In this document: piece after piece, positions 20,499 through 30,449 of the stretch | How the letters are laid out: every line of letters begins with the position of its first letter | Position numbering within the stretch: the stretch's first letter is position 1 | DNA from: Cyanophyceae cyanobacterium | GTDB taxonomy: Bacteria > Cyanobacteriota > Cyanobacteriia > Cyanobacteriales > Laspinemataceae | Length of the DNA: 64,000 nt | Assembly: GCA_038321985.1 (NCBI GenBank) | Contig: JBBQFN010000002.1 | Coordinates: forward strand, 32,001 to 96,000 | Direction: 5' to 3' | Notes under the pieces: generated by a model | The model's database searches: none | The model's input: the letters and a program-made list of their open reading frames with translations, nothing else | What the model was told of the DNA's origin: nothing | Made by a program: the position numbers and the translations under genes

Positions 20499-22220
20499 AT
20501 GATTCAACATCATTTTAAAGAAAAAACTGAACCCCAGCAGTTAAATAAATGTCCTACAGGGATTCGGGGTTTGGATGAAATAACCGGGGGTGGATTACCC
20601 CAGGGAAGACCTACGTTAGTTTGTGGAACAGCCGGTTGTGGAAAAACTTTGATAGCAATGCAGTTTTTAATCAAGGGAATTCAGGACTACGATGAACCGG
20701 GTGTGTTTATGTCCTTTGAAGAAACTGCTGAAGAATTAAGGCAAAATGTCATCTCCCTAGGGTGGGATGTTAAGGCGTTACAAGACGGAAAAAAATTAGC
20801 GATTGATTATGTGCATATCGATCGCAACGAATTCCAAGAAAATGGAGAATACAATTTAGAGGGATTATTTCTGCGGCTAGCGATCGCCATTGATCGAGTA
20901 CAAGCCAAGCGCGTTGCTTTGGATACCTTAGAAGTTCTATTTGGAGGGTTGGACAATCAGGCGATCGTCCGGACCGAATTGCGGCGGTTGTTTCGGTGGC
21001 TGAAGGATAAAGGTGTTACCGCGATCATTACCGCAGAAAGTGGGGAAAATTCCCTCACCCGCCAAGGATTAGAGGAATATGTTTCCGATTGTGTCATTCG
21101 TCTGCAACAGCAAGTCAGCGATCGCATCGCCACCCGCACGTTACATATTGTCAAATATCGCGGGTCTAAACATGGTAGTAATGAATACCCCTTTTTAATT
21201 GAAAAGGACGGAATTTCTGTCATCCCCATCACCTCGATCGGACTGGAACATCAAATCTCTAATGAACGAATTTCTACAGGGATTCACCGCCTAGATATCA
21301 TGTTAGGAGGTCCCGGATACTATCGCGGCAGTAGTGTGTTAATTAGCGGCACCGCAGGTACCGGAAAAAGCACGGTTGCGGCCAATTTTGCTCAGGCAAC
21401 TTGTAGGCGGGGGGAACGATGTTTGTACATTGCTTTTGAGGAATCCCCCAATCAAATTATCCGAAATATGCGATCGATTGGGTTAGACTTAGAAAGTTGT
21501 GTTCGCGATGGTCTTCTGGTCTTTCACTCCGTCCGTCCGACCCTATACGGCTTAGAAATGCACCTGGTCAAATTCTATCATGCGATCGAAACCTTGAAAC
21601 CCCATGTCGTCATTGTCGATCCAATTTCTAACCTCCATTATGTGGGTAATGACATCGAGGTAAAGTCCTTTTTGATGCGCCTGATAGACTTTCTGAAAAC
21701 CCACATTATCACCAGTTTGATGACCAGTCTTACGGTCAGCGGGACATCTTTAGAACGCACAGATGCGGGCGTTTCCTCATTAATGGATACCTGGCTAATG
21801 CTGCGCGATGTCGAAACCAATGGCGAACGCAATCGATTACTGTACCTGCTTAAATCGCGCGGCATGGAACATTCAAATCAAGTCCGCGAATTCCGCCTGA
21901 GTTCATCCGGGGTAGAATTAGTCCAGGCGTATCTCGGACCGGGAGGTGTACTCACAGGATCGGCACGCGCGGTACAAGAATCTCGGGAACAAGCAGATGC
22001 ATTAGTGCGGCAAAAAGAAATTGAAATAAAACAAAGAAACATCGAGCGAAAACGGGCCGTTATTGAAGCAAAAATTCAGGCCCTTAAAGCTGATTTTGAA
22101 GCCGAAAAAGAAGACATAGAACGGATGATTCAAAAAGAAAAACTAGAAGAAGAAATTCAACGGGAAACCTCAGCCACCATGGGAAAAATGCGCCAGTTTA
22201 ATCAGACTGATGACCTATAG
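20499..22220 (+). CDS. kaiC: Circadian clock protein KaiC homolog (KaiC2-type, C-terminal coiled coil)
   Basis: Two RecA-like domains: Walker A GTAGCGKT and GTAGTGKS, FEE motifs, KYRGS/KSRG fingers, phosphosite region GVSSLMDTW. Confidence 0.92.
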   Translation: MIQHHFKEKTEPQQLNKCPTGIRGLDEITGGGLPQGRPTLVCGTAGCGKTLIAMQFLIKGIQDYDEPGVFMSFEETAEELRQNVISLGWDVKALQDGKKLAIDYVHIDRNEFQENGEYNLEGLFLRLAIAIDRVQAKRVALDTLEVLFGGLDNQAIVRTELRRLFRWLKDKGVTAIITAESGENSLTRQGLEEYVSDCVIRLQQQVSDRIATRTLHIVKYRGSKHGSNEYPFLIEKDGISVIPITSIGLEHQISNERISTGIHRLDIMLGGPGYYRGSSVLISGTAGTGKSTVAANFAQATCRRGERCLYIAFEESPNQIIRNMRSIGLDLESCVRDGLLVFHSVRPTLYGLEMHLVKFYHAIETLKPHVVIVDPISNLHYVGNDIEVKSFLMRLIDFLKTHIITSLMTSLTVSGTSLERTDAGVSSLMDTWLMLRDVETNGERNRLLYLLKSRGMEHSNQVREFRLSSSGVELVQAYLGPGGVLTGSARAVQESREQADALVRQKEIEIKQRNIERKRAVIEAKIQALKADFEAEKEDIERMIQKEKLEEEIQRETSATMGKMRQFNQTDDL

Positions 22221-22445
22221 CATATCTACTTCATTCCTGGAAAGAGTAATTCATAAATCACCCCTCCAGGGTTAAGAGAGTAACCCCAGTCGAAAAAAAA
22301 CAGCCGGCATTAAGTGCGTTCCTAGACTACCCAGGAAGAGTATTTACTCTTCCCCATAACCCGAGTTAGTGAAAATTTTCAGACTTGAGCTTTTTCTTTT
22401 TCAGGCGTAGCCAATGGTATCGGTGACTCACTAAAGGAAAATAAC

Positions 22446-22802
22446 ATGGAAAACAAGCCAGACAAAGTAACAAGACCCGAGGTAGATGTATTTGAAGAAT
22501 TTCTGTCTCGACCTATCGAAGAAAAATATTTACTGCGCTTATTTATTGCCGGAAATACGCCTAACTCTAATCGGGCTTTTAACAAAATTAAAAATATTTG
22601 TGAAGAATATTTACCCGGACGATATGAATTAGAAGTGATTGATATTTATGAACAACCGGAACTGATGGAACAAGAACAAATTATTGCCATTCCTACCTTG
22701 GTGAAGAAACTCCCGCCACCGCTACAAAAGTTTATTGGGGATTTGGCAAATACTGAAAAGGTGCTGTTAGGGTTAGATATTAACTACTCTGGGTCTAGTT
22801 GA
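22446..22802 (+). CDS. kaiB: KaiB-like protein
   Basis: YLLRLFIAGNTPNS, YELEVIDI, AIPTLVKKLPPP..KFIGDL. Confidence 0.9.
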   Translation: MENKPDKVTRPEVDVFEEFLSRPIEEKYLLRLFIAGNTPNSNRAFNKIKNICEEYLPGRYELEVIDIYEQPELMEQEQIIAIPTLVKKLPPPLQKFIGDLANTEKVLLGLDINYSGSS

Positions 22803-22940
22803 AAGTTTCCCATCAGGGGGAGTTAAAGGCAGTTTGACGCTTACCGTAAACCTGTCGGAACTCCCCTTGCCAACTGCCCACAAAAAACGAGGGCACACCC
22901 TTGTGCGCCCCAAGTTTGGGGACTCCTCCCTCATCTCCCG

Positions 22941-23300
22941 TTAGAGTGGTGCACCATTTCCCCGAGGTAGTCTCATTCCTTCCGTTGCTTGGCGGTATTC
23001 TTCCACACTATCGGAATAGTCGATCGGCAACACAGCCGCCACATTTTCGTGAGGGCGCGGAATAATCACCCAAGTTTCCACGGCGGCCCCATACGTGTGC
23101 TCTACTGCATCAATTCCGGCGGCCATTGCCGTTTTAACTTCCGAGACATCTCCCCGAATCATCACGGTGAACCGAGCACTTCCGGCTCTAATATATCCCA
23201 CTAAGGTGACGCGACCTGCTTTCACCATCGCGTCTGCTGCTGCTAAAATTCCCGGAAACCCTTTGGTTTCAAGTGCTCCAACTGCTTGCTGTGATGGCAT
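22941..23300 (-). CDS. ccmK4: Carboxysome shell protein CcmK4
   Basis: GFPGILAAADAMVKAGRVTLVGYIRAGSARFT, typical of CcmK4. Confidence 0.9.
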   Translation of the reverse strand: MPSQQAVGALETKGFPGILAAADAMVKAGRVTLVGYIRAGSARFTVMIRGDVSEVKTAMAAGIDAVEHTYGAAVETWVIIPRPHENVAAVLPIDYSDSVEEYRQATEGMRLPRGNGAPL

Positions 23301-23419
23301 CCTCTATTTCCTCAATCAAAACTGTAAAACTCCCAAACCCAATTTTACGCAGCTTAGTGACCCATTTAGTCTTAAAGGCAGATTATTTTAAATTCTCCCG
23401 TTTTGGGTGGGGGTAGCTA

Positions 23420-23725
23420 TCATCGCCACTGTTCCACGGCATCGGTGTAACCGATAGGCATTACATCCACAACATTTTCCGTGGGATTGGCAATAATATA
23501 ATGGGTCACGACGACGCCACCAAAGGTATTCTCTCCAGCAGCGATTCCTGCTGCCATTGCCGCTTCGACCTCAGAAACTGGCCCACGAATCGCCACCATA
23601 AATTCGCCTCTTTCGGCTAAATCGTAATGAACGAGGGTGACGCGGGCGGCTTTAACCATTGCATCGGCTGCGGCAAGCACAGCCGGAAACCCTATTGTTT
23701 GAATTACTCCAACGGCAGCAGGCAT
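23420..23725 (-). CDS. ccmK3: Carboxysome shell protein CcmK3
   Basis: AVGVIQTIGFPAVLAAADAM...YDLAERGEF, typical of CcmK3; canonical ccmK3-ccmK4 order. Confidence 0.9.
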   Translation of the reverse strand: MPAAVGVIQTIGFPAVLAAADAMVKAARVTLVHYDLAERGEFMVAIRGPVSEVEAAMAAGIAAGENTFGGVVVTHYIIANPTENVVDVMPIGYTDAVEQWR

Positions 23726-23868
23726 TCTCGCTCTGTCTCCTCGAACGCATAGAAGGTATTCAACAATTGTAGGGTGTTTTTAGCCCATTTTTACCCTATG
23801 TTCGGATCGGGAGTGGGAGAATTAAGCCCAGGTTGGGGGTGACTGCCTTAAAGAGTCTCCTTCGGGTT

Positions 23869-24213
23869 TTAGCTGACTTTGGGATTTTCTGAAAAAGTAA
23901 GCAAAAATGCTAAATTTTCTTCTGCTTTTAAAGCATGAGGGGCGCTACCGGGCATGAACACAAAAACCCCGGGTTCTAGGATGATTTCTTTCCCTTCTAA
24001 GGTGAGGATGCCTCGCCCTTCAATCACGTTTACGGTGGCATTACGAGGGGCAGTATGCTCAGAAATATCGGTATCGGCAGCTAGGCAAAATAAGGTATAT
24101 TGACAGGCTTTATCTTGCAATACTACTTTGCTCACTACCCCAGCGGTGGGATATTCAATTAGGGTTTTTAAGGAGGTGGTAAAAGATGCATTATTAGGGG
24201 CGATCGCAGTCAT
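23869..24213 (-). CDS. Cupin domain protein
   Basis: ISEHTAP...VIEGRG...FMPGSAPHALKA cupin motifs. Confidence 0.85.
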   Translation of the reverse strand: MTAIAPNNASFTTSLKTLIEYPTAGVVSKVVLQDKACQYTLFCLAADTDISEHTAPRNATVNVIEGRGILTLEGKEIILEPGVFVFMPGSAPHALKAEENLAFLLTFSENPKVS

Positions 24214-24237
24214 TGTTATCTTTCTCCTGTTGTTTTT

Positions 24238-24278
24238 ACAGGCAATTTAGCTAAATTGTCTGTTACTCCAGTTTAGCA
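24238..24278 (-). promoter_or_regulatory. Extended -10 promoter and 26-bp palindrome upstream of the cupin gene
   Basis: TGcTAAACT on the minus strand (24278-24270), followed by ACAGACAATTTAG|CTAAATTGCCTGT (12/13 symmetric). Confidence 0.45.
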
Positions 24279-24362
24279 AAAAACCCCCTCATTCGGTATT
24301 TTAAAGGATATTCTCCCTGAGTGATCCTCTAAGGTCATCCCCTAGATTTCCTTTGGTAACCG

Positions 24363-25139
24363 TTACTGGGCGATCGCACAAATGGCGATATAGCCTAATT
24401 CATTTTGATACTTGAGATAGGTCCGGCGCATTTCTAGGACCCGTTCTCGTAACGGAGGATTGCTCAAAATATTTTTAGCAATTCGGACGGTTCCCCCCAA
24501 TCCTTCATCGCGAATCAGTTGGGGAAGACTCAATAATTCCATCCCTCCCGTTTGGTGGTGTTGCACTTGTAAACCGGCTTGTTGATAAAGCTTTTGCCAA
24601 TGGTCTAAGGAGAGGGGAGATGAATTGACCCGGATTACTTTAGCCAATACTTGATGAATTTCTTCTTCTTTGTCCCGAACTAGCATTTCTTGGGAGAGGA
24701 ATTTGCCTCCGGGTTTGAGTTTTTGGCGAATGGATTTGACCAATTTGGTTTTTCCCGGGAGGGATTGCAGGGTGAGAATTGCTTCGGCTAAAACATAATC
24801 AAATTCTCCGGGAATCTCCTCTAAATGAAAAATATCCTCTTCGATGATTTCGATTTGAGATTCTAATCCGGCAGCGCGAATATTTTGGCGCGATCGCTTG
24901 ACACTTTCAGGATTTTTTTCTACCCCGACTACCCGTACTCCAAATCGTTGGGCGATCGCGATCGCACTCTCTCCAAAACTAGAGGCTAACTCCACGACTG
25001 TTTCTCCCGGTTGAAAATTCGCCCACTCCAATAATTGCTCTGTTGCGGCACGTCCTCCGGGTCGGAGAACCGTTTTTCCCGCAGCGGCTAAAATTTGATG
25101 ACCCGGGGCGGTTTTAAAGTTTAAAGGTACTGTTGTCAT
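24363..25139 (-). CDS. Class I SAM-dependent methyltransferase
   Basis: LRPGG, VVELASSFG motif I variant, VVGVE, FDYVLAEA, LKPGG. Start moved to ATG 25139. Confidence 0.85.
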   Translation of the reverse strand: MTTVPLNFKTAPGHQILAAAGKTVLRPGGRAATEQLLEWANFQPGETVVELASSFGESAIAIAQRFGVRVVGVEKNPESVKRSRQNIRAAGLESQIEIIEEDIFHLEEIPGEFDYVLAEAILTLQSLPGKTKLVKSIRQKLKPGGKFLSQEMLVRDKEEEIHQVLAKVIRVNSSPLSLDHWQKLYQQAGLQVQHHQTGGMELLSLPQLIRDEGLGGTVRIAKNILSNPPLRERVLEMRRTYLKYQNELGYIAICAIAQ

Positions 25140-25282
25140 GGTACTAATTCCCTGATTTTTTATGTCTGAAATGGCTTGCCTTCGGCTGAAAATTGCCGAC
25201 GCTTTCACGGCCAAAATCCGCCTTTTTCCTGAATTTTATCTCTAGGGTCAGAAAGGCGATCTTAATTTAAGTGGGCAATCGT

Positions 25283-25585
25283 TTAAGTTTTGGTTAAAAA
25301 TTCTACCCGGGGTAGTAAGGGGTCTTGAACAATACCCACTCCTTTAAACCCCCACCGATTCAGGATAGCACCTAACTGAGAACCGGGTACCGATTCGATC
25401 GCCACTCGGTCCTTAAGATCCGGGGCATACTTATTCATATAGCTTAAGGCATCAAAGTTCTCACGAAACAGCAGTAAATAACCTGCATCAGCAGATTTTT
25501 CCGACATATTTCCGCGATCGGGATGAGCAGCAACATAGCTTCCGTCGATTTGGGACCGAATTAAATAATGAATTTCAGAGTACAT
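25283..25585 (-). CDS. Conserved hypothetical protein
   Basis: Clean ORF in the gene run; YLLLF.E.FDALSY...RWGF.G.G.V.DPL.P. Confidence 0.7.
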   Translation of the reverse strand: MYSEIHYLIRSQIDGSYVAAHPDRGNMSEKSADAGYLLLFRENFDALSYMNKYAPDLKDRVAIESVPGSQLGAILNRWGFKGVGIVQDPLLPRVEFLTKT

Positions 25586-25747
25586 AATGGGTGATATTTT
25601 ATGAAGTAAGCTGAATATAAAACTACTAATTTTTAGCTACAATTAGGAAAAATTAAAGTTTTTGCTCTACAGAACTTGAGAACAAATGCAGGATTAATTA
25701 ACCCAAAAAACTTAAATTTAATTACTCCTGATTCCTCCCAATTTCGG

Positions 25748-26806
25748 TTATTGAAGATTGGCTAATTTAATGCGGGGGTCAATAGATTTTAGAAGTAAGT
25801 CTGCTAATAAATTACCGATAATTAACATGACCGAACCCATCATCAAACTAGCCATAACCAGATAAATATCTTGACTTCTGACTGCATCTAAAATCAACCG
25901 TCCTAAACCCGGCCAGTTAAAGAAAAATTCGGCAATAAATGCGCCACTTAATAAACCGGCAAATTCAAAACCCAAAATCGTGATTAAGGGGTTGATAGCA
26001 TTTCGCAGGGCATGAACGTAAATCACGCGATTTTCTGGCAATCCTTTCGCACGAGCAGTTTGAATATAGTCTTGACGGAGGACATCTAATAATTCCCCTC
26101 GGGTAATCCGTTGCAACCCCGCAAAACTGGTAATCGATAGAGCCAGGGTGGGTAAAATCATATGCCAAGCAATATCCAGAAATTTGCCGAATGGGGTGAG
26201 TTGATTATAATAAATACTCGTCATGCCGCCTACGGGAAATAAAGGAGAGAGTCTCTGGGCTAAAAACAGGAGTAAAAGGGCCGTAATAAAGCTAGGAAAA
26301 CCCTGTCCCATATAACTAAGAGTCCGCAAGAATTTGTCAAGGGTGGTGTTTTGTTGAACTGCGCTGAGAATCCCTAGGGGAATGGCGATCGCCCAAGTTA
26401 AAATTAATGAAGAGAAGGACAACAGCAGGGTATTGGGGATACGTTCCCATAATAGTTCCGTTACCGGGCGCTGATATTTGAAACTCTCCCCAAAATCACC
26501 GCGCGTTAAAATTTGGCTCAGCCAGCGCCAATATTGCTCGACTCCTGAGCGATCGAGGCCAAATCGTCTAACATAAGCCTCCAAAGTTTCTGGGGAAATT
26601 TGAGGATTTTGACGTAATGTATCTAAATAATCTCCCGGGGCAAGTTGAACAATTGTAAAACTGAGGGCAGATGCCAATAATAGGGTTAGAAGTGCCTGCA
26701 ACAAGCGCTTAACCACGTAAAAAAATGTCTCGCTGGTGAGGGCGTTGTTGAAACTTTCTCGGGTTACGTCCAGGTTCTGGCGAAGCGAGTTACCTTTAGT
26801 AGTCAT
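25748..26806 (-). CDS. Peptide/nickel ABC transporter permease (DppB/OppB family)
   Basis: GDFGES, EAA-loop DYIQTARAKGL, HALRNA, FNWPGLG. Confidence 0.92.
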   Translation of the reverse strand: MTTKGNSLRQNLDVTRESFNNALTSETFFYVVKRLLQALLTLLLASALSFTIVQLAPGDYLDTLRQNPQISPETLEAYVRRFGLDRSGVEQYWRWLSQILTRGDFGESFKYQRPVTELLWERIPNTLLLSFSSLILTWAIAIPLGILSAVQQNTTLDKFLRTLSYMGQGFPSFITALLLLFLAQRLSPLFPVGGMTSIYYNQLTPFGKFLDIAWHMILPTLALSITSFAGLQRITRGELLDVLRQDYIQTARAKGLPENRVIYVHALRNAINPLITILGFEFAGLLSGAFIAEFFFNWPGLGRLILDAVRSQDIYLVMASLMMGSVMLIIGNLLADLLLKSIDPRIKLANLQ

Positions 26807-26938
26807 AATTTTTATTTTTATTGTCTATTCTCTATTGTTTAGTTGCCCATCCCCTAGGGTTTGGGTTTATAAGGGGTTGAAGGAGAAGGCAGCCGATTTC
26901 AGGGGAATAAATTCCTTTTTGGTCTACTACTACTCTCT

Positions 26939-27451
26939 CTAATACTCTATCAAAGTCAGAATAGGGACATTGGGGAGTTTTTGCCGTCCGTTCAAATTTT
27001 GCAATTCAATCACAAAGCAAAAGCCGATGAGTTCAGCTTGGGCAAGTTCTAAGAGTTGGACAGTGGCGAGGGCCGTTCCTCCGGTGGCAATCAGGTCGTC
27101 TACAATTAAGACCCGAGTACCGGGTTCGATCGCGTCCTGGTGCATACAAAGGCGATCGCTGCCGTATTCCAACTCGTACTCGATGGCGTGACAAGCACCG
27201 GGTAATTTCCCGGGTTTGCGAACAGGGATAAACCCGATGCCGAGTTGATAAGCCAAAGGTACCCCAAATAGAAAACCGCGTGACTCCATCCCGACGATGC
27301 AATCGGGTTTGAGAGGGGCGCATTTTTCGGTCATGGTATCGACGGCATACCGGAGGCCCTGGGGGTCCCGCAGGAGGGTCGTAATGTCCCGAAATAAAAT
27401 ACCCGGTTTGGGAAAGTCGGCAATGTCACGAACCAGAGATTTAAGATCCAT
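26939..27451 (-). CDS. apt: Adenine phosphoribosyltransferase
   Basis: [35 protein letters not shown]. Confidence 0.97.
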   Translation of the reverse strand: MDLKSLVRDIADFPKPGILFRDITTLLRDPQGLRYAVDTMTEKCAPLKPDCIVGMESRGFLFGVPLAYQLGIGFIPVRKPGKLPGACHAIEYELEYGSDRLCMHQDAIEPGTRVLIVDDLIATGGTALATVQLLELAQAELIGFCFVIELQNLNGRQKLPNVPILTLIEY

Positions 27452-27978
27452 AAAACTTTAGAAGATTATAAGGAGTTGGAACACACAGATCCCTAGGGTA
27501 GGGGAGGTAACGGTTAGAAATGGGGCGGTTGACCCTAATTAGTTACTCATTAGCATAAATCTTGTAAAGAAACCCGGTTTCGGGTCCTTTTTATTTAAGA
27601 CGGTCCCCACGCCCTAGAATAAAACGGGCGCGGGTGCGATCGCGCCTTAAATCCTAACATTACCCAGGACGCTCCCCGGCGAATTCTAGAGCGATTCACC
27701 CCGAGGTTATATCGTCCCAGTCGCCCTGTGCAAGCCACATCCGTCTCCCAATCGCCTCAAACTCCGGATCTTTTTTGAGGGAAGCCTCTGGATTGGTAGA
27801 ATAAAACATTTGGGCGTTCCCTGGTGGCGGTTGCTCCTGTTAGAAAAATTAGGGAACAGGAGCGTTTAGCTGATCAGATCCCAGATGAACCCTTTAGGTC
27901 AATACTAAAATCAAAGTTAGAGAAGGAAACCCTGCCTCAGATTGCACTCAAGTCAGTCATCCATCAAGGCTATTAAAA

Positions 27979-28608
27979 ATGAATGCTCCGGTAAGCGTAA
28001 TGCAAACAACCCGTCCACCCGAAACGACAACTCCCGTAATTTTAGAGCATCTGCCCGAACCACCAGGGTTTTCTGGGCGTGGATGCCCCAGACGCGCTCG
28101 GTTGCAAATTGACCTGCTGCTGTTGGCGATCGAAGCATTAGACCTGAATGCGTCTCAATCGATTTTAAGCATCGCCAAAGAAGAACAACTGCAAGATATC
28201 ATTAAAAATCGGGTGTTCCTGTGGTTGCTGCGAAGCACGAATCCCCTGCGGCGCTATAGTCAACGTCGCCCCCTCAGTTTAGAGGAAGCCAAGGCGTTAG
28301 TGGCGATCGCTTGTAAATTGGCCCGTCGCTTGAGTGTGACGATTCGGCAGTTGCTCACGGACCATCAGCAATTGCAACAAAAGCAAATTCCCCTGGAGCA
28401 TCATTTGCGATTATCTCATTACCTAGAGCGTTTCCGAGCGCATTTCCGCAGCCGGATGAATCCCCGTCGGGCGGGGGTGGCGATTTATAATACCAATGAA
28501 AAGTTAAATGAGCTGGCAATGGAACTGCTAGGAGAATTGCTGTTTTGTACCGGCACCGCCGGAATGCAACGGTTGTGGTTCAGTTTGTTTGATGGGGAGG
28601 TTGAATGA
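27979..28608 (+). CDS. DUF3038-like protein
   Basis: IDLLLLAIEAL...NPLR...LLFCTG.AG.QRLW.SLFD; ATGA overlap with the next gene. Confidence 0.75.
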   Translation: MNAPVSVMQTTRPPETTTPVILEHLPEPPGFSGRGCPRRARLQIDLLLLAIEALDLNASQSILSIAKEEQLQDIIKNRVFLWLLRSTNPLRRYSQRRPLSLEEAKALVAIACKLARRLSVTIRQLLTDHQQLQQKQIPLEHHLRLSHYLERFRAHFRSRMNPRRAGVAIYNTNEKLNELAMELLGELLFCTGTAGMQRLWFSLFDGEVE

Positions 28609-30047
28609 GTATTCAACGTCAATATAGTTTGCCGAATTGCAAGCTGGTTTTAGAGGGGTTAACCGACGAGAACCTACAGGGCGATCGCCCCGAGGGACGA
28701 CCTCTGATGTCGATTTTGGTCAGTGCGGAGTGCTATTTATCCCCCCGTCTGGAACCGATCGCTGGGGGACAGGAGTTTTTTCAAAGTTTGGTGAATGTAG
28801 TGAGCCACTATGCCCAAGAATTTCTCAGCGGCATCAAGCGCTTCTCTTTCTATAACATACCCGTGGAACCCCGCGATGGTGGACCTGCGCCGGTGCAGTT
28901 ACAAAAAATTAATTCCAATTTGCATCGCCTGATTGTTCATCCCCAGGAGTCTTATAACAGCACTCCGATTGAGATTGATTTGAGTTCGGTGCAGCTTTTT
29001 GACTTGGTGGAAGCAGTGGATCAATTCTGCGCTGATACCCAGACTCTGCCCCAAATCCACGGCCATTTAAGGTCTTTAAGCCGGCAAGAAGCCAAAGTTC
29101 ACGAACCTGTTGCTAAACGGGCTTTACCTGCCGCTGTGGGGGTCTCTAGTTTAGCGGTGGCGGCTTTGGCATTTTTCTTGATGCCAATTCCTGAATATCA
29201 ACGCCCGATTGAAGTGGTCCCCACAGAGAGTTCCGAGGAGTCTCGCGGGGGAAATCAGGCGATCGCCGGTGGCAATGGAGGCAACCCCCCGGAGGGTTCC
29301 CCCCCAGGTACGTCTCAATTAGGCGCAACTCTGGTGAGCAATCGACCGATTACTGATGTTAGTCAATTGCAGAGTCTGGAACGAGAGGTTTATAACCAAA
29401 TCGAGCGCGCTTGGACAACAACTCCGACGTTTAATCAGGGCTTAGTGTATCAAGTCGCCGCCGGTACGGACGGTGCCATTATCGGCTATAAACCGGAAAA
29501 TGAAGCCGCACGGGATTATCAAGATGAAACCCCGCTGTTGGATTTGGTTTACATTCCCGTTGAAGGGGGTACGGCAACGGCAGAAGAGGTGGCCTTATTT
29601 GAGGTGGTGTTTGAACCTGAAGGCAGACTCCAAGTGAGTCCTTGGTCCAGCGATCGCGCCGAGGAAACACAGGAAACCCAGGAAACACAGGAAACACAGA
29701 CAACAGAAGTAACCCCGGTTTCTGACATTCGAGATCCGGCGGTCCTAGAACCGTTACAACAGGAAATTTACGAAACGATCGACCGCGCCTGGACCCAAAA
29801 TCCGGAGTTTGATCGCGAGCTAATCTACCGGATTTGGGTGAATGCTTCCGGGGCGATCGTGGACTATGAAGCCACTAATCCACTGGCAGAAAATGCTCTG
29901 AATCAAACTCCCCTGAAAGAGTTACATCAGCCCTCCGCAGATTATGTGCGCAACACCACCGGCACCAATTCCTCCTTGGCTGAATTCCGGGTTGTTTTTA
30001 CCCCCTCGGGCATCTTGCAAGTTAGCCCCTGGAAGGGTTTTCGGTAG
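28605..30047 (+). CDS. DUF4335-like membrane-anchored protein with duplicated C-terminal domain
   Basis: QRQYSLPNCKL.LEG N-terminus, QLFDLVEAVDQF, one TM helix, two C-terminal repeats each ending LQVSPW. Confidence 0.75.
   Translation: MSIQRQYSLPNCKLVLEGLTDENLQGDRPEGRPLMSILVSAECYLSPRLEPIAGGQEFFQSLVNVVSHYAQEFLSGIKRFSFYNIPVEPRDGGPAPVQLQKINSNLHRLIVHPQESYNSTPIEIDLSSVQLFDLVEAVDQFCADTQTLPQIHGHLRSLSRQEAKVHEPVAKRALPAAVGVSSLAVAALAFFLMPIPEYQRPIEVVPTESSEESRGGNQAIAGGNGGNPPEGSPPGTSQLGATLVSNRPITDVSQLQSLEREVYNQIERAWTTTPTFNQGLVYQVAAGTDGAIIGYKPENEAARDYQDETPLLDLVYIPVEGGTATAEEVALFEVVFEPEGRLQVSPWSSDRAEETQETQETQETQTTEVTPVSDIRDPAVLEPLQQEIYETIDRAWTQNPEFDRELIYRIWVNASGAIVDYEATNPLAENALNQTPLKELHQPSADYVRNTTGTNSSLAEFRVVFTPSGILQVSPWKGFR
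29664..29699 (+). repeat. In-frame 9-bp tandem repeat x4 (GAAACACAG, encoding ETQ)
   Basis: GAAACACAG GAAACCCAG GAAACACAG GAAACACAG. Confidence 0.9.
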
Positions 30048-30449
30048 GAGTCAGCCAGTCCGGAGGTAGCGATCGCACTGAGGCTTTTACTCAGGGGTTT
30101 ATGGAAGTTGGATCACCGTCTCCTAAACTCGGGGAAACCTATCTGTAAATAGGGGCTTTTCCCCCGGAGTTGCCCCTATCTAGAGTGCGGTTGAGTCAGT
30201 CTTGTCGCCAATCCCCGGTTTAGGGAGCGAAACGTTCTGATTTCAACCCAAACTTCAGGGAGACAACCCAGTTTCTGAGGTAGGTGGGGTTAGTTTTAAC
30301 CCAGGCAAGGGGCAGCGGCCAATTGCCAAGGGAGGGCGATCGCTGCTAAATGTATCTGTTAACTGGTAATAGTCAGTAGCTATCCACCCCTAAGCATTCA
30401 CTTCTGACAATTCCTCCTTTAACCACCTACCATTGAGCGCTGACGCAAC

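Noticed and set aside
22221..22445. Remnant of a second kaiB or of kaiA between kaiC and kaiB
   Set aside because: Only short frames with no KaiB- or KaiA-like motifs were seen.
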